NCBI RefSeq assembly: GCF_000400465.1
Contig: NW_008806285.1
Span: 20,001 to 144,000 of the forward strand
Length of the DNA: 124,000 nt
DNA from: Wallemia ichthyophaga EXF-994
Taxonomy: Eukaryota; Fungi; Basidiomycota
Reading direction: 5' to 3'
How positions within the stretch are numbered: position 1 is the stretch's first letter; the number at the start of each line of letters is the position of its first letter. Both the position numbers and the translations under genes were made by a program. Shown here in pieces: positions 38,015 to 51,556 of the stretch. A model generated the notes under the pieces. The model made no database searches, had not been told where the DNA came from, and saw only the letters and a program-made list of their open reading frames with translations.

Positions 38015-38690
38015 TTACTGTTGCTTTGAGAAGTACTCAGACTTGTTGCCTGGGTTGATGGTTGAGCTGTTGGTCTCTGGGTTCCAGTCAGCTGGGCAAA
38101 CTTCACCGTGGACGTCAGTGAATTGGAATGCCTTGACAAGACGGATCGATTCTTCGACCGAGCGTCCAACTGGGAGGTCGTTGACGGTGATTTGGCGGAG
38201 TGTTCCCTTTGGATCGATCAAGAATGAGCCACGGAGGGTTACACCTTCGTCGAGGAGAACGCCGTAGTTCTTTGCTACCTTGTGTGACTTGTCTGAGAGG
38301 AGTGGGAGCTTGAGGTCTGGGCCGAGACCACCTTCGTTACGTGGAACATTTGCCCAGGCCAAGTGGGTGAATTCTGAGTCGGTGGATGCACCGAGAACTT
38401 CAACGCCAAGCTCCTTGAACTTTGGGAGTGCCTTGTTGAAGGCCAAAATCTCAGTTGGACACACAAATGTGAAATCCATTGGGTAGAAGAAGAGTATGAG
38501 CCTTCCCTGTGTCAGTTTTCACTGTAGCGTGCTTACAAACTCACCATTTGCCCTCGTATGTCTTGTTTGTAACTTCCTCGAACAGTCCTTCCTACAAGCT
38601 GTAAGCGAAGGTCATCGAAACACTTCTTTTACTCACGCGAACGGCGGTACCGCTGATTTCTGGTGCTGGCTTTCCGATTAATGAGGCCAT
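38015..38690 (-). CDS. TSA1: 2-Cys peroxiredoxin
   Basis: [11 protein letters not shown]..; [13 protein letters not shown]; GEVCPADW; introns, including an apparent 5'-UTR intron 38693-38747. Confidence 0.95.
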
Positions 38691-39357
38691 TTCTGTTGAG
38701 CACGTTAGCGGTAAAGATTGTTGATATTTAAACTCACTTGAGTTGCTGATTGTAGGAAAAGAAGGTGTAGGAGCTCAAGTCGATTTTAAATCACAATGCT
38801 ACATCATTTAACAACGTTTACCCGCTTTGGCTTCAATGTTTAGGCAGCGCTACATCATAATTAGCCTCTATCCTTCCTTTGAAATATTTCCTTCGTCTGC
38901 ATATCCGAAGCAATCACGTAATCTTGGTGGTTATCCTACAATTTCGGAAACTTCTGGATGTTACTGCAGCCTAATACTATTTATTCTGTATTCTTCTGCT
39001 GCGTTCAGTCTTCTCGCTTAAACGTATCTAGACTTATCTTTAAATGTCCGATGAGACCGTTGAGTCAGCTTAAATTAGTTCCTAAAAATAAGATGCGCGA
39101 CATGCTTAATTTACTGAGCTATTCTTGTTTTTATTACTCTTTTGCCCTCTAGCTGGCCTTTATTACTCGCAATTACATCAGTCCATCAAAATGTCAAGCC
39201 AGCATGCTTTGTGATTGCGCTCTGATATGCAGAAGCACCACATTTATTGCGATGTAGAGCATTTTCAACAACCCCTCACGTTCTTCAATGCGATACAGGT
39301 AAACGTAAATCGTGCATGAGTAAAAATCTAAATGAAAATAAACAAAACAAAACTATA

Positions 39358-42300
39358 TTACCAAAATGCACACCATCCTACGAAAGCCATACAAAGGACC
39401 TCGAGAGAAGTGGCTTGTAATATAAGTTTGTCAACTTGCTCACCCACAGTGAGTGTCTCAGTTGGTTTGAAGTCACGACCTGTTTCAAGTTAGACTGTTT
39501 TGGCTGTTTCTTACCAGCAACACTCACCTGATAACTTTGCTTCAACTCTTCTCATGACAGCTAATGCTCTTCTGTTCACAGGCTCCGGTCTTCGGTCGTT
39601 ACCTATTGTCTCGTCCCTAACACCATTCTCTACCAGATTTCTTTCATCTGCCACACTCCGTCTATTCTTTGCACTCGATGGATCTGTAACTACGTAAGCT
39701 AAACAACAGTCGGTAACTGTTCACCTACCAATGTTCTCCGCATCCAAACGCCAATTAATCAATGGATCGTGAACAAATGCAGCCAATACAGCCATGAGAG
39801 AATCTCTGTTATTCCTCAACACACTCATGACAATATCACAAGTACGCTTAAATGATCCCTCGACACCACACACCTCCATTGCCAAAACGAGCATTCTAGT
39901 CAATCTGAAAGGCATTCTCTCTGGATACTTATCTCTATGCTGAGCAACTTCGAAGCTATCACCGAAATCAATGTGGATAACTCCACCAGTAATTCTATCA
40001 ATCAGCAGATTCGAAGGATGTCTGTCACCAAGACCTAGGATATAACCAACCATACTCATCACTGCCAAGCTACGTGTGTAATTTGTTCGACGTTCCAACC
40101 AAGCTTCACTATTTCTAGATTTCAGCCAAAGAATTCTGTAAAGATCTTGACCAGTGGTATTGTCGAGAGCGTACTCGAAGACTTCCAACTTGTTGAGGTG
40201 ACACAGGTGGTCGAAATCTGGAGCCATTTGCAGCATCAATCTGTGCTCAATGTTCAATAGAATCTTTCTAGTCTCGCGATAGTCCCTGATCAGCATGTGC
40301 ATCGTATCAGTGTTTTGCACCCATCCTAAAAGACCAGAGTTTGGAGAGATTGGTATAACGGAAAATCTGTGAATGGACAAATGACGTTTGAATGACTCCG
40401 GATTTACGGAAAGGAGAAGATTGATGAGGCCGAACAATTGCATCGCACGCTCATCTTGGCGAAGATCTTCATGTCCTTTCAACAGATACATATACTCCTT
40501 TCCATCACTACCCCTGATCTCCATCTTTCTTGGCCTTTGCTTCGTAGTCAACACCGACAATCTGGGAACGACCGCTGCTATTCTGATGACTGGCTTTCCT
40601 GATTGGTACGTACCAGGCACAGCCAAGTCGAGATCTTTGGCGTTAAGTAAGCGTGGGGCCACATACTGTAGTTCGATAGCAGTGAGCGCGGTGACCTGCT
40701 TCTCAATCTTCCTGAACACTGGGTAATACAGATCCCAAGCCTGGTTGAGGTCTGCCGCATGTTTGGTATGCTTCCACTTCCTGCAGTAGTCTCTAGCTTC
40801 TATCAACTCCCTAGAGAACGCCTGAACGAATGAAGTCTCACGCAAAGTCTCTGGACCTCTATCGAGCAAGTCATGCAATGGCTTGAGCGTCTCAATCATA
40901 GCAGCTGGGTTATGATGTACGAAGTAATGTCTGGATGCCTCTTCCAATCCTTCGTGCCACATTTCATTCCAAAGTATAGCAACCCTGATCAATTCATTAG
41001 AAACTAGTCCAGCTTGTTCAACCAGCTTGGGTGAATGCTCGCGCATCCTGTCCATTATAGCCAATGCAGCAGCTTTACGAGTCTGAGATTGAGATTTCGA
41101 CGCCACTGTGAGTGGATAGATCAATGCTTGTGGGTGGGCTCTCCCAACAGCACATAAGAGCTGATGGATCAATCTCCGAACGTTCAAGTTTGGTGCGTGG
41201 ATCCTAGCAATGATCTGCGGTATAACCTCCAGCCAAGTATCGACAGAGATGGTAGTGAATCCTTGAGACAGCGTTGAAGAGACGTCTTCGTGATAGCCGA
41301 ATTGAAACCACAATGTTAGCAGACGAAGCGTGTCCTGGAGGGAGTTACCGCCAGACAAGGCAATAGACTTGAAGAATGCCTGTACAGCAGGTACAATATG
41401 TGTGACTAGAGTCTCTGGCTCAACTTCTTCGCTAGCATTCTCGAGATGAGCGATAACTTCGAAGTTGGCCAGCGCAAAGGTGTGCCAAGCCTTATACCAA
41501 CTAGGGTCAAGTTGTGTGGCTTGGTAGAATGCACCGAGGATGTCATCAGCATCGTTGATAAACCAGTCCTCCTGAAGAGCAACCTGCCACTGACCTTGCT
41601 TGAAGTAACATCTAGCCAGTAAGTTTTTGTATTCTGTGATTTTGCCCTGCTTGTAGTACTCATTAGCAATAGCACGTGAGCTCTCAGTTGGGTTCAGGCC
41701 AAGGTCGTTGGATAGAGATGCCGTGAAATCTCTCAACCAATTCAAAGACTCGTCTTGAGCACCCTTTGCCCAAGTGAATTTGAGATGAGCGTAAATGACC
41801 TGTGGAGGGGCTTTTTGGGTAGTGCTGTTCGAGTAAACGCTTGGATCCGGCCCGAGGAGGGAGTTAATAACTTTTTCAGCCAGGAACATTCTATCAGACT
41901 TTCTGCATAAGTTGGCGAACTTGATCCACATCTGTGTGTCTTCTGCTGGAGACAGAACAAGTGTGCGCACTTGCAATATCCTCTGCCAGACTTCAACATC
42001 CGGTTGTGCGCCCTTCAATCTTCCCAAAATGTCAGTAAACACAGAAGTAAAAGATGATATCTCACCTCTTCATCCAAGTCTTGCGTATCGTCGATTGGCG
42101 GTCGGGTTGGTCAGCGAAGAGTTTATACTGAATGATTTCTTCCAGTTCAGCCAGCATCTGCACACGAACCACAACATTGTATGCTCGACCGTAAGACTCA
42201 GTAACTAGAGAAGTGAGTTCGCTGTCCAGACTCTCGCGCGCTTTCGTGATATGGTGGAGAGCCTTCTGGTAGTGCGAGTCGTGCACCGAGAGGATAGCTC

Positions 42301-45300
42301 TGTAGAAGAAGCGGTCAGGAGACTCTTGTTTCATTACAGTAATATAATTATCCATCATTTCCCAATTGTTCAGCGACCAAGCAGCAGCAGCAGCCAGCGG
42401 CGCCATAGCGCGACGCTCTTCGTGTCCGGCATTAACCCACTTATTTTGCACGAAGTCTGACAGCTGCTCCCACTCTCCAAGTGCATGGAGACACTTCATT
42501 CGTCCGAGCGTCACTTCAGGCGAATCACCTTCGATCTCCGCCTTCTCAGCGTAGGCGACCAGAGCCTCGTGCCATCTGCCGAGTTTCTCGTACCATTCTT
42601 CGTGGTGCACTATATCTAATTGCTCCCTAGCATATTTGAGCGTACCCCACGCTGCATCCTGTTGCTGCAACTTGGTGTTAACATGCACTAAGCTCTCAAT
42701 AACAGTTGGCGTAGCCTCAGTGAGGAATTCCAATTCTTGGTAGTGGAGTGCCTTTGCGTATGCGTGAACATTCATTGCGTATTCACCTAGCAATGGAATG
42801 TCAATCGGGAGTGGCTTGTCGTCATGCTCCATAAATTCAGCCAAATTGAGCAAAGTGTGCACAACATCTGGTGGTGCTGATGGTGATGTCAGCGCTCTTT
42901 CCATTGCTTTTCCAAGTTCGTCTTGATACTGGTCGTATAGATCCGTCCAGCACGAAACAAATGCTGCATTAAACAGTTCTCTCAGTAAAGGTGGATGAGC
43001 TTCAGCTAATCCTCTGCAAGCGCGAAGAGCATGCGATGGAGATTCCTTCAAGAACTCAATACCCAATCGCCTCAACCAGTCAGTCCAGTCTTCTCTGTTT
43101 TGAATGAGCTCCACATTTTCAATACCGTATGCCTTTTTGAGATGCTGCTGGTTGGCAATCAGCTTGGTATTTTCAACAGGTGGCTGATCGTCTGTCTTCT
43201 CTGCCGCAAAGCTGTCAAAGATACTGTAATCCTGTGGAAGTCTTTCGCCGTTCAAAAGCATATTGACAAATTGATTATATGGACCATGTTGAATACGATG
43301 TTTGAGCAGCACTTTGGAGATCATCGGTACGAAAACTGCGAAATCAGGACCAAGCTGCAGGACCAAAGCTGCCAGAATATCCATGGCAGCATTGCGCAAT
43401 TCGGCAGGACCAGACGAAAGCACTCTAGCTAACGGGTGAATTATTCTTGAAGCATGATCACAAAAATTGACCTGTCTCGACAGCTGACCGATGGTGATAA
43501 TAGCAGCTTTCCTTAACTGCACAGTCGACTCTGGTCGCTCGATAGTCTTGACAATAGCAGGTACGACGAGGTGGAGATACTCTTCAACGTTCGATCCAAA
43601 GACTGAGAAAGCTCGAAGAATGCGAATAAGAGTTGGCTGGCGTTTATCTGCTAATTCAAAGTCAAATGTTTGTAACATAGGTGGAAGGAGTACTGGTAAA
43701 TGGACTCTGAATTCCCCTTCAAGTGCTTTTGCGAGGATTTCAATGAGCGAGATGATTGTTATTTGTAGGGTGGAGTTGGGATTCCAAAACTCTCTGATCA
43801 ATTCCAATATGTCAGTTAAGAAGTTTCTAATGTGGTGCTTGACAATGCTAACGAGAATAGCAAGTTGCTGGAAGTAAAATTCTTGCAGAGAAGGCGCACA
43901 CGATCTTATAACACCCATGAAGGCAGGAACGATCTGGATCGAGTCAGTATAAAAAACTTCCACCTTGAGCACATTTCAACCTACCTGAGGTAAATATGAA
44001 ACACACTTCAAGCCCTGTGTTTTAAATATGTTCATGATAGCCTCGATAACGGCGTGGTGGTGGTTACTAAGAGAGGGATCTTTGAGCATATTGACGAGAG
44101 CGTTAAACGCTACCGTTTGATAGAAATCGTCGCTGGTATTCTGATTAGATGGTGTTACAACATCAGCAGGATAGATGGTCACAGATTCGGTAGTGACGTC
44201 CGATACAGGCTTCTCAATGTCCTTGTGTTTGTATGGATCGAGGGCACCAAGCAAACCCATCACACGCACCGTTTCAGTGCGCGTTGAAGGTGTCTGGTCA
44301 GTCTGCAATATCTTCACCAACGCATCCAACAAGCCAGGGTATCTGAGGTAAGGCTCGATGACGTAACCAGTGTTAGAAACGACCTGACCAAGCGTCCTCA
44401 ATGCAGCGTCTCGTCTGAGTAATGATGACTGGTCATGAAGGGTTTCTATCAGAAGTGGCATGATAATGTCAACGTGGCTCATTAATTCCTCACCACCAAC
44501 TTGGGCCAATTCACCAATACAGCAGAGAACGTTTGAAGATACAGTGGAGCTGTTGTCTGAGGCTTTTGGAAGCAGCACTTTCATCATTGGGTTGGCGTAT
44601 GGCTTGATCAGTCTCTGAGAAGCACTGACGAGCAGGCCCAACAATCTTGCACTCTCCTCCTTATTACGGCGTACTGTGGAATACTCTAACTCCGTCAGCA
44701 GCTGGATGAGAGCCTTACGGAGCGAAGGCATGACGTAGGCTGGGTTGTGACAAGAGAGTCGACCGATAATCTTGATAGCAACCTCTCGAACAGCAAATAC
44801 TTCATCGTTCAACGCTATAAACAAAGACCTTACATTTTCAGCCTGAGCTAGGTGTCTGTCAAACTTTTCATCTAGCGATTGGAGAACGGATAGTCTAATG
44901 TCGTACTCAGGATCGGCAATAGCCAGAGTCATGAGTTTGTCCAGCATGTCGCCTATGATCTCTATAGCATGTGTTGAAGTCTGGTATGTGACAGGGTCAT
45001 GAATAAAGGTAATGGAGCAGGTGAGGGCAGCAGCCTTGCGTATCTCAGCATTATCATCGTCTACGAATGGTAAAGCAGTATCACGGACAAACTCGTTGAG
45101 AATGTGACCGCTAAAATCGAAAGAGCCCAAAGTCTGTAAAGCTAGTTGAATCACTTCGGGTTTCTTAGCTTCAGAAGCTTGTACTTTGGATAACTCTCTA
45201 GCGGCAGCTGTTTGCGAGCTGGAAGGGTTAGGAGCACCAAGAGCTCGGTAAGACTTGTCGCTCAATATCAACGAAAGCATATTGAGTAACCTATCTTGAA

Positions 45301-46638
45301 TGGTTTTGAGGAGGGGTGGTATGTATTTAGCTATATCCCTCAAAGCGTTGACAAGCGATTCTGATAACTCTGTGCTGAAGATCTCTCCCAACAACTCATG
45401 TACGTGTTTAGCCAAGGATGGACCAATTGCGGCTGCAAGTTTTCCCAAACATTGCAGAATGGCATCTTCAGGAATTATGTAACCCTTTTTCGAGCGGTGA
45501 CGGAGTTGCTCGTCGATGGTAAACATGGCACTGTCCATATAATCCTTCATGGCACTTCCTACAGCACTGGCTACATGGCCTACGGCGTTATATGCAACAG
45601 TTCTTTCCCTCTCCTTTCGGATTGCACTCATAAGATGACCCATACTCAACCTAAGCTTCGTCTGTGTAAAAGCTTGAGGATCATAAGTGGCGAGAGTTGG
45701 AATGAGAAGTATTACAGTCTTGCGTATGAGAAAATCCCTGTGATCTTTGTAACGCAATATCAAATCACAGACGTCACCGAAACGAGGTTTTAAGAACATG
45801 CCAGCATGCAGGAGTAAATCTCTGTACACCAGGAGAGAAGCGTGGATGGTATCAACAGTGTTTATCTTAAGGCCAGCTTCTGCCTTTGCGTAGATGGAGT
45901 ATTGCATATCATTTCTATTCTGTGCTTTACGACGCTCCAAAATAACCAAACAAGCGGATAAAGCGTCTGAAGCAGCTTCTCTGATGGTGACTTTAGGGTC
46001 ACGCAGAGCGATCCAAATGCGTTCAATAGCTCTAGTGACAAAGGTATTGAATAACGCAGGACTATTCTGTGCGAGCTCTTTGATGATTAAAACGGCAGCG
46101 TATCGACCGCCTTCAGATCTGTCACCGGTGAGTAGTTCAAGTGCACGTGGAGCCTCGAAATCGATGAACTGTTCACCCAAGTAAGCACCACCAACGCGGG
46201 CAATGTGGCCTAAGCACTGAGAAGCGGCAATCATGACGTTCATGTCGCTGCAGGGGAGAGCAGGTTTGAGGTAGTTGTAGAAACGATAAAGCCGCTGCTT
46301 TTCTACTTGAATATCCAACAGAATATCTGTGAGTTGTTAGTTGAAACCATTGAATTTCGCGCGACTTGCCAATTGCGACGATTCCACCGAGCTTTTCATG
46401 GGGATAGTTGCTGTTGATTAATTCGAACAACCTGCGCATGACTTCAGATTGGAGCTTTGTGACGCTCTCAGCGCTGAGCTCAGCATTACAGCCAATGAAC
46501 TGAGAGATATGTGAGGGAGTGGAGAAGTGGAGATATGGGACGCACGAACTGCTGTAATTCGTGTGCAGCTTCGTTGCGTAGCTTTGGATCTCTGCTGCGT
46601 AAGCCCGCAAAGATACGCGCTAAGGCGTCTGTGTACAT
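39358..46638 (-). CDS. TOR: Target of rapamycin kinase (HEAT-FAT-FRB-kinase-FATC)
   Basis: HEAT repeats; FRB ([15 protein letters not shown]); [13 protein letters not shown]; GLGDRHPSN; HIDFGD; FATC GWCAFW*. Confidence 0.98.
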
Positions 46639-46713
46639 GATATTATTTTATGGATGATGGTTGTAATGAAGATGGCGAGATGGTAGCGCAAGATGGCTTG
46701 CAATTGCACCACG

Positions 46714-47405
46714 ATGATAAGAAATGGATTAGATTTGTTGGCGAGGAGAAGTCCAATACATAAACCAATATTCAAAACATTATTTGGATTGGATATCAAA
46801 TTGGGTTCGTTCTACTGTGCTTGTCTTATTCGGCGCACTGACTTTAGCATCCAGGCTGTACGATAATAACAGCATTTGCGCTATTTAACAAGGTCGCTGG
46901 TGTTTATGGGGTTAATGTTATATTCACTGGTGGTACATTTGCGCAGTGCACCATGTACCTCTATAGCGTTGGTACACTCGCTGGCTTTGTTTGGGGATTG
47001 AAGCAGATTACAGAGGAGAATCCAACCAACTCGCTATTATATGCGAACATGTTCGCAATTGATCATATTATTTCATCAATCTACTCAGCTGTTTTCTTCA
47101 AGCATTGGTACTTTGACGAGCCTCACGATGGACGGCGGGCGGATGTAGGCGACCTCACGAAAGGCTGGGGTGGCGTCGCACATCAGGATCTTACAGAGAT
47201 GGATAGAATAACAGCCGCCAAGGAGATATGGGGACGCGAGAAGGTGTTTGCAGGATTAGTCCTTCTCAGCGGCTTTGTTGCGAAGGTCTACTTCATATTG
47301 ATAATATACTCTTTCTCTTTATCACTTATACAGGGCACTTACGTTAGCAATAACCAAAGCAATAGAGCAAACTACAGGAGTAATAATAGCAATCAAGATG
47401 AATAG
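46714..47405 (+). CDS. KEI1: IPC synthase regulatory subunit Kei1-like (DUF1753) membrane protein
   Basis: LFGLDIKL|GCTIITAFALFNKVAGVYG; MYLYS; multiple TM segments; one intron. Confidence 0.78.
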
Positions 47406-47447
47406 ATTAATGTTTTACATGTTGTTGTGTGCCTTGTGTGCTGTCGA

Positions 47448-47806
47448 TTAAAAACCATCTTGAAATTGCTTTATTTTGTAGGCGTAGTACGCACCGCTGG
47501 TGAGACCTAAAGCGGTAAGCATCTTAGGTAAAGCGCTTGCTCTGACTCTGCCAATCGAAGAGGCAGTCAGCAAAGCAGAAGCAGCTAAAGCAGATTCGAA
47601 GCCATAGTCCATGTTTTGTTGAATCAAGTAGCCGCTACTAGCTGTGATTGATTAGAGCAGCAGATAGTACCGACAGCTAACCCACCAAATGCAGCCGAAG
47701 TTAAAAGACCACCGAAAAGACTTGCCTTTGAGCCTTTCTTAATGAAGCCCATAGCTCCACCTAAGCCAGTTAAGCCAGCAAGAGAGAAGGCGAGGTGATG
47801 ACTCAT
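47448..47806 (-). CDS. TMEM14-family small membrane protein
   Basis: HHLAFSLAGLTGLGGAMGFIKKGSKASLFGG motif; one intron. Confidence 0.85.
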
Positions 47807-47934
47807 GGGTGATGTAGAGAGGGTGTAAACAAAACGTGTCAAACGCGTAAAAGGTGTAAAATATAAATAAGAATCAATTATTTTGGTGTGTTTAATTGAG
47901 GGGTTTTGTCTTGCAATGATTCTGTGTGTGTTTG

Positions 47935-48565
47935 TTAGAGTTTGGAGTGTTTCAACGATGAAAACGAACCAGAATTTGATTTGAATTGCATTTCTAACGT
48001 GGAAGGCGATTGGTTGAGAGATTTATATATTGAATCTCTAGTTTGGTGTGTTAATGATGTTTAATACGTTTCAAACATCCCCACCTAACGCTATTAACCA
48101 AATCAGGATCTTCCCTTCTAATCCAAACACTTATAATATCCTCTGCTGCCCTTATAGAAACCACAGCTCCGCAGAGATCATTGATATCGTCAACCATATT
48201 ACAACCAATGATACTAAGTAACAAATCTTCCCAGAGCTGATCAACAATACCTTTCCTAAGCCTAAGAATCCATTTACCGCCTTTTATGTTTTCGGGATCT
48301 TCCCAGACAGGTCTTACGCCTGAACGGAATAGCTGGTAATCGGTGACGACGGGGAGAGTGGAAGGTGGTTTAAGATAAGCGTAGGTGTTCCAGAATGCTG
48401 GTAACTGTGACTGGTGTTAGAATTGCGCATTCTCCCACCAAGCACACTACTAACACTATCAAATCCAGCAATTTTAATTAAATCTTTCTGGTAATCAATT
48501 ATCTTTGAAGAAGGTGGCCTATGTATCCCCCAAACTGTCCACGATGTACTCAATTTTAATGTCAT
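47935..48565 (-). CDS. eIF4E class II (4EHP-like) cap-binding protein
   Basis: LSTSWTVWGIHRPP; after splicing AFWNTYAYL..DYQLFRSGVRPVWEDPENIKGGKWILRLRKG..QLWEDL; two introns. Confidence 0.88.
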
Positions 48566-48609
48566 TTCTGTATGCTGATTGGTAGTGCGTGTTCAACCAG
48601 GATCACCAA

Positions 48610-51474
48610 ATGCATCTAATCACTCTGGCTACGTGAGAATCTACTCCTTTTACTATCATTTCTAATCCATCCTCTAGCTGGTAAATTCGGCTTCATTTTC
48701 GTATAAATATTCTCACCAATCTCACTCAGCTCACTTAACCAATGGGCTTTGGATTTTCAGGGAAATTACGAAAGAATCCTTGAGAGCATCAAAGTCGCTA
48801 AATCTCGCGGTGCTTCTCTACGCGTTGGCCCTGAGCTTGAGATTACGTGGGTCTACTACGCGTTTGATTTCGTTATCCACTTGCTTATCTTTCTTCTTCT
48901 ACTTTTTCCTCTTACAGCGGCTATGGCTGCTTGGATCATTACTTGGAGGGTGACACTATCCTTCACTCATGGGAAATTCTCGCCAAATTACTCCAAGATG
49001 ACCACACACATGGCATCATTTGCGATATTGGCATGCCTCTTAGACATAAGAACGTCACTTACAATGCCAGAGTTATTATCAATGATGGCAAGATTCTTCT
49101 TATTCGTCCAAAGATGTGGATGGCCAATGACGGCAATTACCGCGAACTGAGACACTTTTCTCCGTGGTTGAAACACCGCCAAACGGAGGACTTCTTCTTA
49201 CCGCGCATCATACAATCAACTACCCAGCAGACTACTGTTCCAATTGGTGACATTGTCTTGTCAACGCTCGATACCTGCGTCGGGGTTGAGTTGTGCGAGG
49301 AGCTCTTCACTCCAGCAGCTCCACACGTCAATATGGGTTTGGATGGTGTCGAGATATTCACCAACTCCTCCGGAAGCCACCATGAGCTCCGTAAGCTAAA
49401 TAGACGTATGGAGCCGATCAAGGAGGCTACACTGAAGGTGAGCAGGGGGTGTATCTTGTACCACACCTACAGCTAAATTAACGCATCGCTTAGCTTGGTG
49501 GTATTTACCTGTATGCTAACCAACGCGGCTGCGACGGTGACAGGTTGTACTACGATGGTTGTGCCATGATAGTGTTGAACGGCGAGGTAGTTGCTCAGGG
49601 TCCTCAATTCGCTCTTACAGACGTAGATGTCGTCACGGCCACTGTGGATATGGAAGACGTGCGCTCGCGCCGCACCTCCATCAGCCGCAATCTGCAAGCA
49701 GCACAGAGTGGGGCACTTCCACGCGTACACGTCCCTAAGGCTCTATCCTACGGTGTAGGCGAGAATTTTCTTGCTGCTCAACCTTCCCAGCCCGCTCCTC
49801 TCACTATACACCGCCCCGAAGAAGAAATAGCGTGAGTGGGGATGCTAGCCGAGCCCATGCAAATACACACGCAGACAACTGACGTTCCTCATTTGTTAGT
49901 CTCGGTCCCGCCTGCTGGCTGTGGGATTATCTGCGCAGGTCGCGCACGCAGGGCTACTTCCTCGCACTGAGCGGAGGCATTGACTCGTGCGCTTCGGCTA
50001 CCATCGTTAGCTCAATGTGTCGCCTGGTTGTTAAGGCCTGTCAGAACGACGGTGAGTTTGTGCTTGGGCTTCTGCGCGTGGCTTGCTTGGCTGCGAGCTG
50101 AGAAGCTGAGACACACCCCAGAACAGCACGTACTCGCTGACGTCAGACGCATCACTGGCGAACCCGATCACTCGACGTATGTCCCCGCAGACCATCGCGA
50201 GCTATGCAACAGAATCTTCTATACTTCCTACATGGGCACGGAGAATAGCAGCGACGAGACACGCCAACGCGCCAAGGATCTCGCCCACGATATCGGCAGG
50301 TGGGTACTTTGCTTAGCTATTTGATTCAATGGCGCTGTCTCATCCAAATTACTAACTCCCCTCATAGCTACCACGTCGACATCAACATGGACGCTGTGAT
50401 TGGTGCTATACGAGACCTCTTTGGGTTAGCTACGGGACACAAACCGAAATTCAGAGCACACGGCGGCAGCTATGCGGAGAACATAGCTCTGCAGAATATA
50501 CAGGCACGTCTGCGTATGCTGCTCTCATATCTCTTCGCACAGCTGTTGCCTTGGGTGCGCGGCCGCGTCGGCGGACTGCTCGTCCTCGCCAGCAGCAATG
50601 TGGATGAATGGTGGGTGGTTGCTGTGCTTAGCGCTCTGTGCGCCAAACTAAATGTACTTCAGTCTGCGCGGTTACCTCACCAAATACGACTGCTCGAGCG
50701 CGGACCTCAACCCTATTGGCAGCATCAGCAAGACTGACTTGAAGCGCTTCATCGCTTGGGCGCAGTACGAATTCGACCTTCCGATACTTGAAGGGTGAGT
50801 TGGAGTTTAGCTGGCGTTTTAGCGTGTCGTGCTGAGTAGACCACCACCTCTAGATTCTTGCACGCCACTCCAACAGCAGAACTCGAGCCTATTACCCATA
50901 ACTACGTGCAATCGGACGAGGTAGGTGTTGCGCGGGTGTTGCACACACACTAACAACATACTAAGGCCGACATGGGAATGACGTGTGCGTGCGAGTGTAC
51001 AGCCGAGAGCCGTCCCTGCTAACACTCTTCGCTCAGACGACCAGCTCTCCGCGTTCGGTAGACTGCGCAAGGTAGAGAAATGTGGTCCATTTAGCATGTT
51101 CACCAAGCTGCTGTCTGAGTGGAAAGATGTCATGGCGCCAGCCGAGGTGGGTGCTTGCTTGCTATTGTGTGAGTTCAGTGCGCTAATTGGACACGCAAAG
51201 ATCGCCGAGAAGGTGAAGAAGTTCTGGTTCGAGTATTCGCGCAACAGACACAAGATGACGACATTGACGCCGTCGTACCATGCTGTGAGTTGGTGTGGTT
51301 CGACGGCTTCCCAACTGACTCCATTTCTAGGAAAGCTACTCACCAGATGACAACCGCTTCGACTTGCGCCCTTTCCTCTACAACGCTAGATTTCCCTACC
51401 AGTTCGAGAGGATTGACGACACAGTGAAGCGCGTTGAGCAGCTTCAAAAAGAGGTAGAGACACAGCAAAAGTAA
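48610..51474 (+). CDS. QNS1: Glutamine-dependent NAD+ synthetase
   Basis: MHLITLAT..; VGPELEI; ELCEELF; LSGGIDS; NIQARLRM; [13 protein letters not shown]; many introns. Confidence 0.96.
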
Positions 51475-51556
51475 ATTGTGATATTTTGTATGTATGGTTG
51501 ACAATGTAGAAATAAATTAACGATAGTGATACTTTGGATCAAGTCAAAAGAACCAA

